DNA of 64,000 nt from Octopus sinensis (GCF_006345805.1 NW_021832436.1:62001-126000); one strand, 5' to 3'. Shown: positions 1-12,576, counted from the first letter of the stretch. Notes: a model not told the origin generated them from the sequence alone. Numbers and translations are program-made.

Positions 1-105
1 ATGAAGAAGAGGAAGAAGGTGGAATCAATATTATTTAGCAAGGTAAAATTAAGATTTTTCAAGATACAATGTAACAGCTTCCAATGCGTACTCACCCGTC
101 CATGA
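1..105 (+). CDS. possible 3' end of an unidentified gene entering the window
   Basis: Frame 1 reads MKKRKKVESILFSK, then a 21-nt GT..AG segment (43-63), then IQCNSFQCVLTRP-stop; no homology recognised. Confidence 0.3.
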   Translation: MKKRKKVESILFSKVKLRFFKIQCNSFQCVLTRP

Positions 106-245
106 CAAAGAAGAGCTTGGTTGAAATAATTAACAACAAAAATTTATACTATAATAAAAATAAGCGAATATTAAAAATAACAAATTTTCATAAATGATTT
201 TATTTTCATTCCTTATAACGTAATTTCTACGAAAATGACTCATAT

Positions 246-2227
246 TTATACGAGTGTGCAGATGTAATCAAGCTCCTTTAATTTGTCCAATAGCTGGAGC
301 ATTTCTGAAGTAGACAGTTTCTCTTTCTCACATGAATCTCTTACGTACTTCTAGAAATATCACATATTCAACGACCAAAAAAACACTAAAGTCGAAATTT
401 TCATATCTTTCAATCACAATCTAAAAATAGATAGCAAATTCCGACATTTTTTATTTCCTCTTCGGCTTTTTCTTTTCTTTTCCGTAGTTTATCCACATCA
501 CTTTGCCAGGCATTTGAAGCCAAAAATAAAATCAAGAAATTACATTCTTCAGCATTTCGATTTTGAACTCCAATTCGCTTTTGCGCGATAAATGACCTGG
601 AGATGTTGTATTTTTGTAGTTACTTCCCAATAATTTTAAATAGGCTTGTCGAAATGACCGTGGCTCACTGCTCAAATCATCTTTGAAAGGTGAATGAAAC
701 GGCTGAGATATAAAGTTGAACCACCTTATTTGGATAATAACGCGGAGTAGAAAAATTATCAAGAAAGGCGGAACTGTGATTCAGATGACTATATTTCATA
801 CTGTTTGATTTTTCTAGGAATGTAACCGACAATAAACCATAAAACAAAAACGGCTTAATGAATTTCTGTAACGATAAGAACTAAAATAAGTACTTGTTCG
901 CTGGAACACCAAAAGTCGTCGCAAAAATGTGAATCGTTAATAATACTTGAGGCAGTAATGGACGGAGCCTCCACTTCATCAAACAATGGGCCATGGACCT
1001 AAATTATTTAAAAATATCAATTAAACTTGAATCCTAGATGGATTCTTGGATGGCTCATAATTCACATTTTCTTTCCACCACGGCTCTGAGTCAATATATG
1101 AAGAGGGGACCAAATCATTCTTTGTCAAGATTGGAATGACTATTTATATCGGCTAACAACACAAACTAGAATTGGACGCGATTAAAGCAATTTCGGGATC
1201 AAAAGCTTTGTTCTTTTCTCCTAAGACTATTAAAAGTAGTTTAACCGATCGAATGTGCAAAAGCACAAAATTCTCTTCTTGGACAATATCTGTTCTTGAG
1301 AACATCTTTGCATTCGAACGACTTGTATATCTGCAAAATTAATATTAAATGACTTGCCTTTTCGTGGAATTGAAGTTCTGTGCGAGTATGGCAGTGGGCA
1401 CAATATTCATTCGGGCACAATTTAGGATCCAGCCACTCTGAATTCAATTTGACCCTGGAGCATGGGGTTGAACTTTTTAATTGGAAAAGTAATGCCTACT
1501 CGTAAACAAAATGTGCCGGGCTTCTCCTTTTATCTTTAGCGTTATGATAATAAGGGCATGCATAGCCCTGTTTGCATAATCGACCAGGTTTCCTGCACGG
1601 TGTTGTTTTATATGTCAAAGAAACGTATTCGGCTTCTATTAGAATAATGATATGAAAATAAGTACCATAGTGAAAGTCATCAGTCATCAGTTTGTGCCAG
1701 TCGTTCATCGACAGAGACGAATAGTTTTCTACTGGATTGTCCACGAAGTTTTGAACAACAAATTCACGAACGTCGTATACAGGACTTCTCAATTCAGTTC
1801 TGGAATGTGCATATGCGCAGTTGACCCCTTTTCGTTTGCAAACACCATTCTCGTCAACATTTGACGAGCAAAATGAGGTTTTGAAAAACCTATAGTGATG
1901 CGACCGCTCACAATCATCAACATTTCGATGAAGGAACATACACCTAAGGAAACATACAACTATCCCAGAAATATGTCAAACTCATTTCCGTATGGACATT
2001 CTCCAGTCCCTTCGTCGTACCGAGGGCAGTATATTTCATAACCATGATTGAAGGTTCCGTTTTCTTTCATAAAGTTTGCTCTCCTCCGTTGATTTCCAAA
2101 ATGCCATTTCGTACACTTGTAAGGCCTGTGCCGGGTGCAGCTTCTTACTTTGAATTCTTCACAGATCTGAGTTCGGAAATGTCTAAGGCAATAATTTTAA
2201 CGTATAGAACGAAAAGTCATTATCCAT
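246..2227 (-). CDS. UNK: Unkempt-like tandem CCCH zinc-finger RNA-binding protein, multi-exon
   Basis: Spliced translation HFRTQICEEFKVRSCTRHRPYKCTKWHFGNQRRR..GTFNHGYEIYCPRYDEGTGECPYGNE..FFKTSFC..CAYAHSRTELRSPVYD..YKTTPC..CPYYHNAKDKRRSP..YKSFEC..CPRREFCAFAH matches the unkempt CCCH array; the low-complexity/coiled-coil 3' exons are less certain. Confidence 0.85.
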
Positions 2228-2469
2228 GATAATGCCGTTTATATTTTTTTATTATAAATTTCAGTTTGGTCAAACATCAATTAAATATTATAGATTTGAA
2301 TATTTAAAAAGAAAATATACAAGTTAAATTCGTTTTTTATTTATGCGGTTTAATCAAATTTAACCACATACGAAATTTGAAAGAAAGTAGTTCATAAAAA
2401 GTATTTAATGAGAAAAAACCATCTAAATTTTACAATTTACTAATATATTATCAAATCACTTTTGGAGAG

Positions 2470-2560
2470 GGTTACCGGTGATCTATCCGACGACTGGTAT
2501 CTCGTCGAACGAATTTCCCTAGCTATAGTCATGGACGATTCCCTGATTATCTTTCAATAA
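2470..2560 (+). mobile_element. short degenerate 3' end of a CRE-like retrotransposon
   Basis: Translates WYLVERISLAIV, matching the WLFERISLAIVRGN terminus of the other copies. Confidence 0.55.
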
Positions 2561-2829
2561 GAATTGTCACTTCTTTTGAAACTACTTATTTGTTCTAATA
2601 AATTCTAATTTTAAATGTATTTAAGTCGCAAGCATTGAATTTTATTTTTAAATACATTTTTATTATCGATACTCGAAGAAAATTTTTAGAAATTTTTGAA
2701 GCAGGTGGAAATTAGTAAGAAAGAATAAAAGATAGAATAAATAGAAAGGGAAAAAGGATCAAAGAAATAATAAAGATTGAGCAGAGATGCTACAGAAAGA
2801 CAATGACAAAGACACAAGAATCAAGATAC

Positions 2830-3500
2830 CACAAAAACCTCCATCACCTGCAGACCTCAGGCCATTTCAATCTATCGAGTTTACGCCCTCCCCTCATAAA
2901 CCCACAAACGATGCGGACAGCCACGCTCTTAAATCTTTTTCGCCCAGCAGCTGTGCAGGGATTGAGGGCCTACGCAAAAAGTCACCTTTGCAATTCTTAT
3001 TTCCACCGCGATTGGTCTAACAGGCCCGCTGCTCTTTACCCGGAACTAGTCAACAACTTTTGTTTTCAGATTTATCTGCTTTCGCTCGTGGACTTATTTT
3101 CTTCGCCATCTGCTTCTTTTTCTAAAAAAAGACGGCGGTGTTTGTCTAATCGTCGTCGGGAACGTTTTTCGCCGCCTGATTTCAAAGCTCGCTAGCCGGT
3201 CGGACTCTCCGGAACTTTCTAAAGCTTTTTTCCGTTACAACTTAGAGTAGGAGTCCCCTTAGGCCTGAGGCTGCGGTTCATGTGTCCGAGAGTTTACATC
3301 CTCGAATCTTAATCAACTAGCCATTATTAATGCATTACAAAGTGTCGGCCAAGACTCTCTTCTAGAATCCTGCTTTCTCTGCTGCTCATCCATTTATCGG
3401 TTTGTGCACAAACCCTACGGCTTTCCTTCCCTTCTCCACTATTATTTCAGCCACCGGTGTACAACAAGGGGATCCACCTGGCCCTCTTCTTTTCTTGTAT
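2830..3500 (+). mobile_element. degenerate CRE-like reverse transcriptase fragment
   Basis: LKSFSPSSCAG..GLR, KKDGGV..VGNVFRRL and ATGVQQGDP motifs, with frameshifts. Confidence 0.8.
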
Positions 3501-3503
3501 ATA

Positions 3504-3890
3504 CACTCCTCGACAAAAAATGATTAAAAATCAAATTTTCCCTTTTCTTTGAAAATTTGAAAAATAAAATATTTCGAAAAATTAACTCTTGACAAACACC
3601 TTTTAGTTGTAATAGTGATTTACTTTCATTTAAAGGACTACGTGTCAAAAATCTAACATATCAAGAATATCACCGATGATGAGGTCCTTAAACTCTTTCC
3701 CGCCAAAAAATTATTTTCTGCATTTTAGTTAAAATGAACAGAATAGATTTTAAAGTCAAAATCAAAATTGTATATTTATGTTTAGGACGCCCTTCCAGCT
3801 TCACGGACAGCAAAGATGTTCTCGACTCACATGATGAAATTCTTAAAATCTTCTTACCAACAAATTAGAAATTATTTTCTGCATTTTGGT
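3504..3890. mobile_element. possible Tc1/mariner-type terminal fragment
   Basis: TA followed by CACTCCTCGACAAAAAA resembles a Tc1 TIR start; a ~29-nt direct repeat lies at ~3708 and ~3869; no partner TIR found. Confidence 0.25.
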
Positions 3891-3895
3891 TAAAA

Positions 3896-4925
3896 TTTTT
3901 TTTTTTTTTTTTAAGAAGAAAAGTTATTATATCGAAAGAGAAGATTGATTTGAGAAATCAATTGAGGAAGCCCGCTGCCCTGTAGGAAAGCGAGTTCCTC
4001 GGAGTATGGCTATTCCGATCTTTGTCTTAGCCATACTCCTTCACGAGGATCATTCTTCTTTGTGGCGAGCATTCTTCCGAGTTCGCGCAAGAACTCGGCA
4101 GTCGCTGGGGCCCTGCTCTCCTGATGACTCAGCCGCAACAGGGGTGAATCTGTAGCGGTCCCCGAGGAAGGAATATTTTTTGGTTTTAAGGTTTTCCGCG
4201 ATGAGCCAGCTGCTCCAGGTGTCTGAACCGATTTAAGGAGATTCGTGCTTGAGTAAGTATCGACGCAAGTTGCGTCCCAGACCCAAGATCGTCCGGAGTT
4301 GAAAGGGAAAAGAGTCATCCCGTCAGGTCTCTTTCCATCACCTCGATCGAGACCCACTGGTTCAAGCTGTGCTGGGAAGCCTGCAGCCTTCAGAGCTCTG
4401 ACGATCAGTCGTTCAGAGCGGCGTGACGTGGTCCTCTTCCGGCGGATCTCCTGCAGGATAGCGGGTGCAATCCCTTCGCATCGACCGTTTTCCCGCAGCG
4501 GCGGTGCTCCTGGCAAACGTCTAGTCCAAGTCTTTGTCCGATTCCAATCCTCAAAGAATCGTCGTCCAAAAAAGTCCCGAGATTTGGGCAAGGGATTGCA
4601 CCAAGCCATGCTCGCTCCCTCCACTTGAGGCTGAACCCAGGCAAGCAAGACGATGTTGATTGCTTCTTTTTTAAGCCCTTCTGAAATTTTGGAGCAGACA
4701 ATGTTATCCCAGTTCTTTGTTTCGTTGTGTCTTCGGGGATTTGAGTCCTGACCCGTTCCAATCCCGGCAAGCTTCATCAAATGACTCATTCCAGCGAAGT
4801 CCAATAGTGTGACGAAGGACTTGCCGTGTCAAAGGTTGCAGCTTGAGAGAGACGAAAGATATGACGGGTACGCGACCTCCAGCGCCGATCTTAGACCGAC
4901 ATTTCCCAAATCCAGAGGAAGCTTA
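3896..4925 (-). mobile_element. 5'-truncated CRE-like retrotransposon (RLE domain) with poly(A) tail
   Basis: [55 protein letters not shown]; poly-T tract at 3896-3912 on the + strand. Confidence 0.9.
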
Positions 4926-4929
4926 CTTG

Positions 4930-7900
4930 CTTCCATTTTGTAATTGTCATCTATCTAATAATCTCTCTCTTTCCATTTCTCTTTGTCATCCATTTTTTCA
5001 TTGTTTCTATCTTGCTCTCTTTCGATGTCTTTCTGTTTCCAACCCACTTCTGTTCTATGCTCTACTTGCGAAGTTAGTAACAACCGCAAGAAAGGGAGAG
5101 TCTGTTCTAGTTGCGACAGATTCTTCCACCTTTCTTGCGTGCGTCTTTCCAGGCGCGTTTCTGCCTCTCTCTTAATTTGGGACTGTCCTTCCTGCCGCTC
5201 TTGCCAGCCGGTTCAGTGTTCCAGCCCGCAAGAACTCCCCGAAAAACCGCCATTCGCAACATCCCGTCTGCCGAGGAAGTTCTCAAATCTATCAAGCTCT
5301 TCCGTCGTCTCCGGAAAATCCCATCCAGAATCCCAAAAGCTGCGCGTATCTTTGCAGCCTCCTCCCTGTCCGCCGCAATCGATAAGGCTTTGGCATCTGA
5401 TGGCCATTCCGATTGGCTTAAGCTGTTTTGCTTCGCCTCTTTTGGTCTCGGTTTTGCCCCATTAAGAGCCCGTGTGAAAACCTCCTCCATTCGCTGGCTA
5501 CAACCGTCAAACAAGAATTGGCCTTGTACGATAAGAACTCTTTTCCATCCGCTGGCTGCGGGACACCTCGCTAGCTCCGAATTTCCTCTGGTTCACCATC
5601 CCATAATGTGTCCTCTTACGCGAATGACGTCGACTACCTCAACAGAAAGATTAATAGTAAACTCTTGGACGGCGACGTTCGTGGTGTGCAGTTAGGCTGG
5701 TTGCCTCGACAAGTCCCCTTTTGCCCACGACCCCTGCTGTTTTGAATTCCCTCAGGGAAAAACATCCCCCTCAGCCAAACGACTTCAGGCCTCAGCCGTC
5801 CCCTGACACCCTCGCTCTCAATCCTTTTGCTGTCTCGGAAACTCTTGTACTGAAAGCCCTGAGGGACTTTTCACCTGGAAGCAGTGGTGGTGTAGATGGT
5901 CTGAGACCAGGTCATCTGAAAGACCTGACGTCTCCCACTACCGCCGAAGCTGGTCGAAAACTCCTACGCTCAATTACCAACCTGTGCAACCGCTTCATCT
6001 CCGGTTCCCTCCCCGATTTTGCTCGTGATATTTTCTTTTCCGCCAACCTTACTGCCCTTGGGAAAAAGGACAACGGCGTGAGACCCATTGCCGTGGGAAT
6101 ATCTTTCGGAGGGCTCTCTGCCAAACTTCTGTGCCACGCAATTGTCCCTTTTTGTCTCAAGTGTTTCTCCCCGCCCAACTCGGGGTCGGTGTCCCAAACG
6201 GCTGCGAAGCGGCCGTTCATTCTCTCCGTGAACTCATCGAATCTTCCCAGTCGGCTATCATGGTCAACTAGACGTCTCAAACGCTTTCAACTCCATCAGA
6301 CGTGACCACCTGCTGGAGTGCTGTCGCGAACTGGTTCCGTTCGCTTATCCCCTTGTACATCTCTCATACGCTTCTCCGAGTATCCTCATGTTCGACGATG
6401 TTCCATCTCTTCGGCCACCGGGGTCCAACAGGGAGATCCCCTGGGGTCCTGTCTTTTTGCCTTGGGCGTTAACAGTATCGCTCACTCTGTTCGATCCCCA
6501 GTTAACATATGGTATCTGGATGACGCAACCATTTGCGGTCCCCCCGACGCTGTTTTCGACGACCTTCGTTCTATCCTCCCTTCCCTCTCGGACATCGGCC
6601 TATCTATAAACGCCAATAAATCCGAAATCGTGAACATTGCCTTAAATCCGAGTGACTTCACTGCTTCAATTTCCACGTGCCGAGGCATTCTCTCAGACGC
6701 GGATTACGGACAAATCAAATCTTACGATTCTCGGTGCCCCCATGGGGCCTTCTGCCCTCGAATGCTCACTCGCTGGAAAAATTTCCCACTTATCCAAAAT
6801 GATCGACAAGCTTAAAGTCATCGAGCCTCATGTGGCTTTTTTCCTCCTCCGAAACCACTTCTCCGTCCCTAAGATCCTTTACACCCTAAGATGTGCACCC
6901 TGCTTTCAAAGAGGCGACCTTCTTTCCGACCTTGACAATATCCTCAGGCTCGGTACGAGCTCTCTTTGCAATCTGGCTTTCGACGATCCAGGCTGGACTC
7001 AGGCATCCCTGCCTGTGCGCTGGGGTGGCCTTGGCTTGAGATCCTATTCCGATCTTGCCCTCCCGGCATTCCTATCCGCTCATCACGCTTCTCGTACTCT
7101 CTCAGACATCGTTCTTAGAAACCTCCCCGAACGGAAATTGTCTGAAGTTTACTCTGCAGCCCGTGGTCGGTGGGAGGCTCGGTTTGGTTCGAAGCTGCCC
7201 AACTCTCAATCTGTACAGCGCCAATGGGACGAAATCTCTTGTCAGGCAATCTTCGAAGGCCTGCTTCCTGTCTCCAATCAACACCGTGTCGCTTGCCTCC
7301 GTGCAGGTCGCTGTGAAAGCAGCGGTGTCTGGTTAAAGGGCTCCCTCTCCCTTCCATCGGGAACCTGTTGGACAAGGAATGCCTAAGAATTGCAATCTCC
7401 CTCCGTGTCGGGCTGAAAATCTGCCAGTCGCACAAATGCCGTTGTGGGGGAACTGTTGACGAGTACGGTTTGCATCCCCTCGCTTGCCGGCGGAGTGCCG
7501 GTCGTGCCCCCCGTCACAGTGAACTCAACTCAGTCGTAGAGAGAGCCCTCGCCTCAGCAGGCATCCCGTCTATCCTTGAACCTGTTGGATTGGATAGAGG
7601 GGATGGCAAACGCCCTGACGGCATGTCCACCTTCCCCTACGAGCAGGGGAAATCCCTTATTTGGGATTCTACCTGCTCGGACACGTTCTCGCTGGGAATC
7701 TCGCGCTGTCCGCCGCCAATCCTGGGCACGCTTCCAGGCAGGCCGAGGAGCGAAAGATTCTCAAGTACGGCCACCTGTCCAACTCGCTGCTCTTTACTCC
7801 AATTGCCTTGGAGTCCTCCGGGATCTTCGGCCAAGACACTCCGCTTCCTTCGCTCGCTCGGTCGACGGATTTCAAGGACTAGTCACGATCCAAGAGAGTT

Positions 7901-8040
7901 TTCTTGGCTCCTGGAACGTCTGTCGATTGCTGTGATCCGAGGGAACGTCTTCGCCATTCGCGCGGCTGGTCGGGTGTCTCGTGAGGCCTTTAACTAACTT
8001 AGCTATCTGTAATTTTTGTCTTGTTTGTATAAATTAAATT
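4930..8040 (+). mobile_element. near full-length CRE-like non-LTR retrotransposon: PHD finger, RT, zinc knuckle, RLE; frameshifted
   Basis: ATG at 5025; C4HC3 PHD (CSTC..CSSC-x4-H-x2-C..WDCPSC); RIPKAARI; SANLTALGKKDNGVRPIAVG; GVQQGDPLG; WYLDDA; GKRPDG..WDSTCSD..GNVFAI; stop at 7995-7997. Confidence 0.92.
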
Positions 8041-8139
8041 TATGTGAAAATTAAAGCTATTATCATAATCGACCTTTATATTCATTTTAAATAAAAGCTA
8101 TTAATCCTTTTGAACATTAATTTACTATACAGTTATCTA

Positions 8140-8440
8140 ACTTCGTGTGCTCTGGAGGCTAAATCTGCTGCTAAGAAAGATGAAGATTTAAAGCTATCCA
8201 AATATTCTGCCCTTTCGGAGGAGTTTTCCGTAGTGCCGATAGCGGCGGAGACGTCGGGTGCTCTTGGTCCAAAGACTGAAAAGTTCCTCCTCAAGCCCGG
8301 AGCCAAAATCTCAATGCGCACTCACGATCCTCGGGAGGTGGACTGGCTATTGCAGCGGTTCTCGATCGCCGTTATCCGGGGAAACACTTTGGCAATCCGG
8401 CAGCCTGCTGGCCTTCTCTTAATTAATCGACATTAATTGA
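8140..8440 (+). mobile_element. CRE-like 3' fragment in tandem behind the full element
   Basis: KYSALSEEFSVVPIAAETSGALG..DPREVDWLLQRFSIAVIRGN. Confidence 0.8.
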
Positions 8441-8776
8441 TAACGAATATTTCTAGTGTTAAGAGCAACCCGTTATTTAAATTAATGAAATTTAACATTA
8501 TCGACCAGTGATTGGGATTTAAATAGTTAAAAAATATTGGGTTAAATAAAAAACGACCTTAAACAAAGTGTACAATTAACAGATTTTGAAAAACACTTTA
8601 ACAGTGACAAAAGTGGTTTTAATTAAGATTACTGATTCTCAAGCTTTTTTAATTAGGGACCACAAACATAAACAAAATTACTGGGACCACCAATATTTTA
8701 TAGCAATTATTTATTACTTAAAAATCACAATTAAGTTTAATTTTACTAGTTGAAGTACGCAACAAATCACTTAGAT

Positions 8777-11133
8777 CAGGGGTCGGCAAATACTTTTGGA
8801 GAAGAGCCAATTTTGAACATTTTTGGAAATTTCGAAAAATTGAAGAGCCACCTTTTACCACTTGTCAAAAATTTAAATTCATAAAATTAAATAGACATTA
8901 ATTCAAAAAATAATTAAAAATTCATTTTAAAAAATTAAATTAATTAGAGGCATTAATGAGAAATGTGATTCCTCATTTCTTTGGAGAGTTGGTTAATGTC
9001 TAGGTCGTAAGTCGTTAATTTTAATCTGAGGTTAGATTCCAAATTCGAATCTGTAATTTTGTTCCTTAATTTCAATTTTATATAATTCATATGAGAAAAA
9101 CTTTGTTCACACATATAAGTGGACCCGAATATTGTCAAAATTCCGTATGCAACTTTTTTTAATTCATAATAAGAATCTGGAAGAGAATTCCAAGTTTCGA
9201 GAATCACATCTTCCAGTTTCTTTTGTATAAAATTAATATCATTCTTAATTTTACCAGACAATGTTTCTGTTCCAAGGTTTCAAGTAATTCTGAAAGGCGA
9301 ATAAACTTTGATGCCCATAATTCCTTACATGTAAGTCCAATAGCTGCATTTCGAACTCAGCTGCGTTGATTTCAAATGGCAATAAATTTAAATTGCTGAC
9401 TTTAGCACGTAGAGGGTTTATAACGAACGATAGTGTTGCTTTTTCTTTTCTAAAATCCTCAAACCTTTATATTTAAACATTCATTTTTAACCTGTCATTG
9501 AAAGATTCCTTCATATACAAAAGAGCATTTTTAAAATAAGTTTTATTTATAGTTCGATCATTTTCTTTTAAATATTGGCGTAATTTAGGAAAATGTAAAA
9601 TATTTTGTTCTATATCCTCTTCAAACAGAATTAATTTTTTTTCAAACAATATCACTTCCTCATACATGAAAAAAGCAATATTTCCACTCCGTTGCAATTT
9701 TGAATTAAGTTTGTTCAATTCTGATGAAATGTCAACCATGAAATAAAATTTCTGCAGCCATTGGTCATCACTTAATTCGTCATAATGAATTTTTTTCTCA
9801 TTTAAAAAAAGTTTGACTTCTTGCATACAAGAAGCAAACCGATTGAGAAAGTTCCCTCTCGAAAGCCAACGAACTTTGTTGTATTGAAGTAGATCAATAT
9901 ACTCGTTGTTGGTTTCGTTTAACAACTCTTTAAATAGCCGATGATTAAGTCCCTTGAATATATAATAAATAATATATTACTCTTGAAATAATGAAGTTAG
10001 TAATCTTTATAACCAATTCCATCACATCTAAAATTTCTTTCGGAAACGTTTGCGCAGATAGTGCTTCTTGGTGGATAATACAATGTAGAGTAATCACTTC
10101 ATGATCAATTCTCCTTTTAATTAAAGTTGTAAATCCCTTTCTCGATCCCAGCATGCTTGCAGCACCGTCAGTTGAAATTGAAACGATTTTATTAATAGGA
10201 ATATAATGCGTTTCAAAATATTCTACGACTGCACCAACAAGATCTTCACCACGGGTTTGACCCTTTAGAGGCAATAATGCCAAAAGTTCTTGCCTCAGGA
10301 AACCTCGAGACACATAACGAACAAACAGAGACACCTAAAATGACATGAACAATGATACTTGTGCAATGTCATTTATATCACATGAAATTGAATATTGAAA
10401 TTGAATTAGACAATTTCATGTCAGAAACTTGTTGAACAGATACATTCGAAGACATCTTAAAAGTCCTGTCGGCTACTATTTTCGCAGATAAAGGTATATT
10501 CATTATCTTAGTCACGATTTCTGCCTTATTTGAAAAATCGTGAAAAAGTTCTTCAGAGGTTTTAATGAAACATGCCTTTATAAATTCCCCATCGGTAAAT
10601 GGTTTTCCCCTTTTTGCGATCTCGTGGCTTATTACAAAACATGCAATATTTGCAGTCCTGGCATTGTCGGACCAACATTTAAAAGCAGAATTCTCGAATT
10701 GAATATTTTTTGTAAGTTCTTCTACAGCTTTCTTTCGGGAATCACCAATTGGATATTTTTGGGCGAAATTTGAGTGCTTTGTGTTAAAGTGTCTCTCTAA
10801 ATTTGACTTTTTATTTTGATTCAATGTTTCCTGGCAGATGAGACATTTCGGTAGTTGTTCTGAATTAGACGTGAATGCAAAAGTTTCAGTCCATTTTGAT
10901 TGAAAATGTCGCGCATTATCGATTTTTTTATTAATTTTTTTCTTGCTAGGCATATATCGATGTACCACAAAAAATTAATGTTAAACGTGCAAAGATTTTT
11001 TGTTATTAACAAAACAAAAAAAATAGTTAAAAATTGAAATCATTTATAAAAAAAATAGTTAAAAATTGAAAGAGCCTACCGTAAGAGTTAAAGAGCCTTC
11101 AAAGGCTCGCGAGCCTGGTTTTGCCGACCCCTG
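8777..11133 (-). mobile_element. hAT DNA transposon (GTF2IRD2/EPM2AIP1, Charlie/Spin-like)
   Basis: TIRs CAGGGGTCGGCAAA / TTTGCCGACCCCTG; perfect 8-bp TSD ACTTAGAT (8769-8776, 11134-11141); subterminal GAGCC motifs. Confidence 0.95.
8953..10953 (-). pseudogene. hAT transposase with 3-4 mini-introns and about 2 small frameshifting lesions
   Basis: BED-like CLICQ..LERHF..H; SCDINDIAQ|VSLFVRY; STDGAASMLG; LHCIIHQEAL; KVRWLSRG; FGSTYMCEQSFSHM; introns at 10335-10358, 9953-9980, 9465-9491 and probably 9220-9254. Confidence 0.85.
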
Positions 11134-11289
11134 ACTTAGATGACAGTTGCAAAAACTTTGTTTTAATTCGAACAGATTTACTAAATGTTGATTCGCAGAC
11201 ATATGTTGATTCAAACATCGCTAAATTGATTTTATCATGATTATAAAAACCAAGGGCCACACTTGAGAATCACTGATTTAGATAAAAAA

Positions 11290-11800
11290 ACCCTATCCAG
11301 AACCAGCTCGCGGGATTGAAAGAAAATTCCCACGTAAACAGCCTCTGAATAAGAAATGTAAATTCACTAAGATCTTTAAAACGATAAGTGCACAAACCAG
11401 AAAGTTTCTAAACATGAGCAAGAGTTTTTCACCGAAAACACGATCACCCAATAGCAAAAGTGTTCGCAAAAATGAATGTACTTTGACAGTTTCATACTTC
11501 GGCTTTCTCAACTGACAAACCGGGTCGACAAGTACCAGAATTCAAGGAAAGAGTCAGCACAGGTGACGTCCCAACAAGCTGTTTCCTTGATTCAAAAGTA
11601 AACAGCGTACAGCCATCGGGACGTTTTGCTTCTTCAAAGTCAAGATCCGGATGGAGCCCGAAGGCGACAACTATATTACCACTACGGCAAGGGTGCATTC
11701 TGGAAAAAGGAACTCCGAGGAAATGACAGATATCCAAACGGAGTAAATCCCTATCGAGGACAGTATTCAAAAGTGGAGAAGAAGAGAAAATTAAGCCAGG
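11290..11800 (-). mobile_element. degenerate CRE-like RLE fragment
   Basis: AKRPDGCTLFTFE and LRGNFLSI terminus. Confidence 0.7.
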
Positions 11801-11879
11801 AGCCTGATTATGGCTGACAGGGGGTACTGAAACAAGCCAATCTTTGTTGGTCGAGGAGCATTTCTGCTAGGTGGCTCTG

Positions 11880-12370
11880 AAGATGTTACCCATAGAAAGA
11901 TACTATCAATCGCTGTGTATAATAAACTCTAAACATTTGGCGTCTAAGAAAGCTAAATACAAAGGCAAAACTAAAAATCTATAACACATTTGTTGTCCCG
12001 GTCCTGACGTATAAAGGATCGACATGGAAAATCCCCAAAGCTGAAATAAACAGTTTAAACCAATTTCATCAAAACCAACTGAAAAGAACATAAAATTCCT
12101 AAGAAAAACATCAAACTCAGCCTTATCAAAGATGTAATCCAAGTCCGATCTCCATGGAAATCCTGAATTTTAGATAGGGACTTTTTAGCCAAATATTAAG
12201 GCTAAGCAGTCTCACTATGCCGAATATCGCAATGGAAAGCTATTTTGACGCGGCATTCCATGAAGGGCTCAGAGCCACCCTACCTACTGCATTAAACAAA
12301 AACGGACATTAGCAAATAACAGAGGGGCATGGAAACGCATGTCCAAAAACATATAACCATGGCACAAAGG
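11880..12370 (+). mobile_element. RTE-clade LINE relic (post-RT C-terminal region)
   Basis: WRLRKLNTKAKLKIYNTFVVPVLTYKGSTW..KAEINSLNQFHQNQLK. Confidence 0.65.
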
Positions 12371-12576
12371 AAATTTAACTAGTTTATAATTTTTTGTCAG
12401 TACAAAATAATAATATCCAAGTGTTTTTGAAATTTTTTTTGGTGGAACAGGTTAAGTTAGGAATGAACAAAAAGTGATCTCTGAGGGACTAAAGCTTGCG
12501 CCCTTTTGCGGTAAGTACCGCATGTGTGTTGGATGTTTTAGAATTATAAAATTGCTCACGTAAAAATGTTTTAAAA

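Larger units (their letters stand above)
8630..11275. mobile_element. ~290-bp hAT-type MITE split by a nested hAT element
   Basis: TIRs TACTGATTCTCAA / TTGAGAATCACTG; flanking 8-mers ATTAAGAT (8622-8629) and ATTTAGAT (11276-11283); body homologous to the inverted copy at 12577-12797. Confidence 0.7.

Noticed and set aside
4299-7875. Numerous overlapping antisense or alternate-frame ORFs inside CRE elements (also 43097-48798)
   Set aside because: Expected by-products of GC-richer retroelement sequence with few stops; no independent motifs
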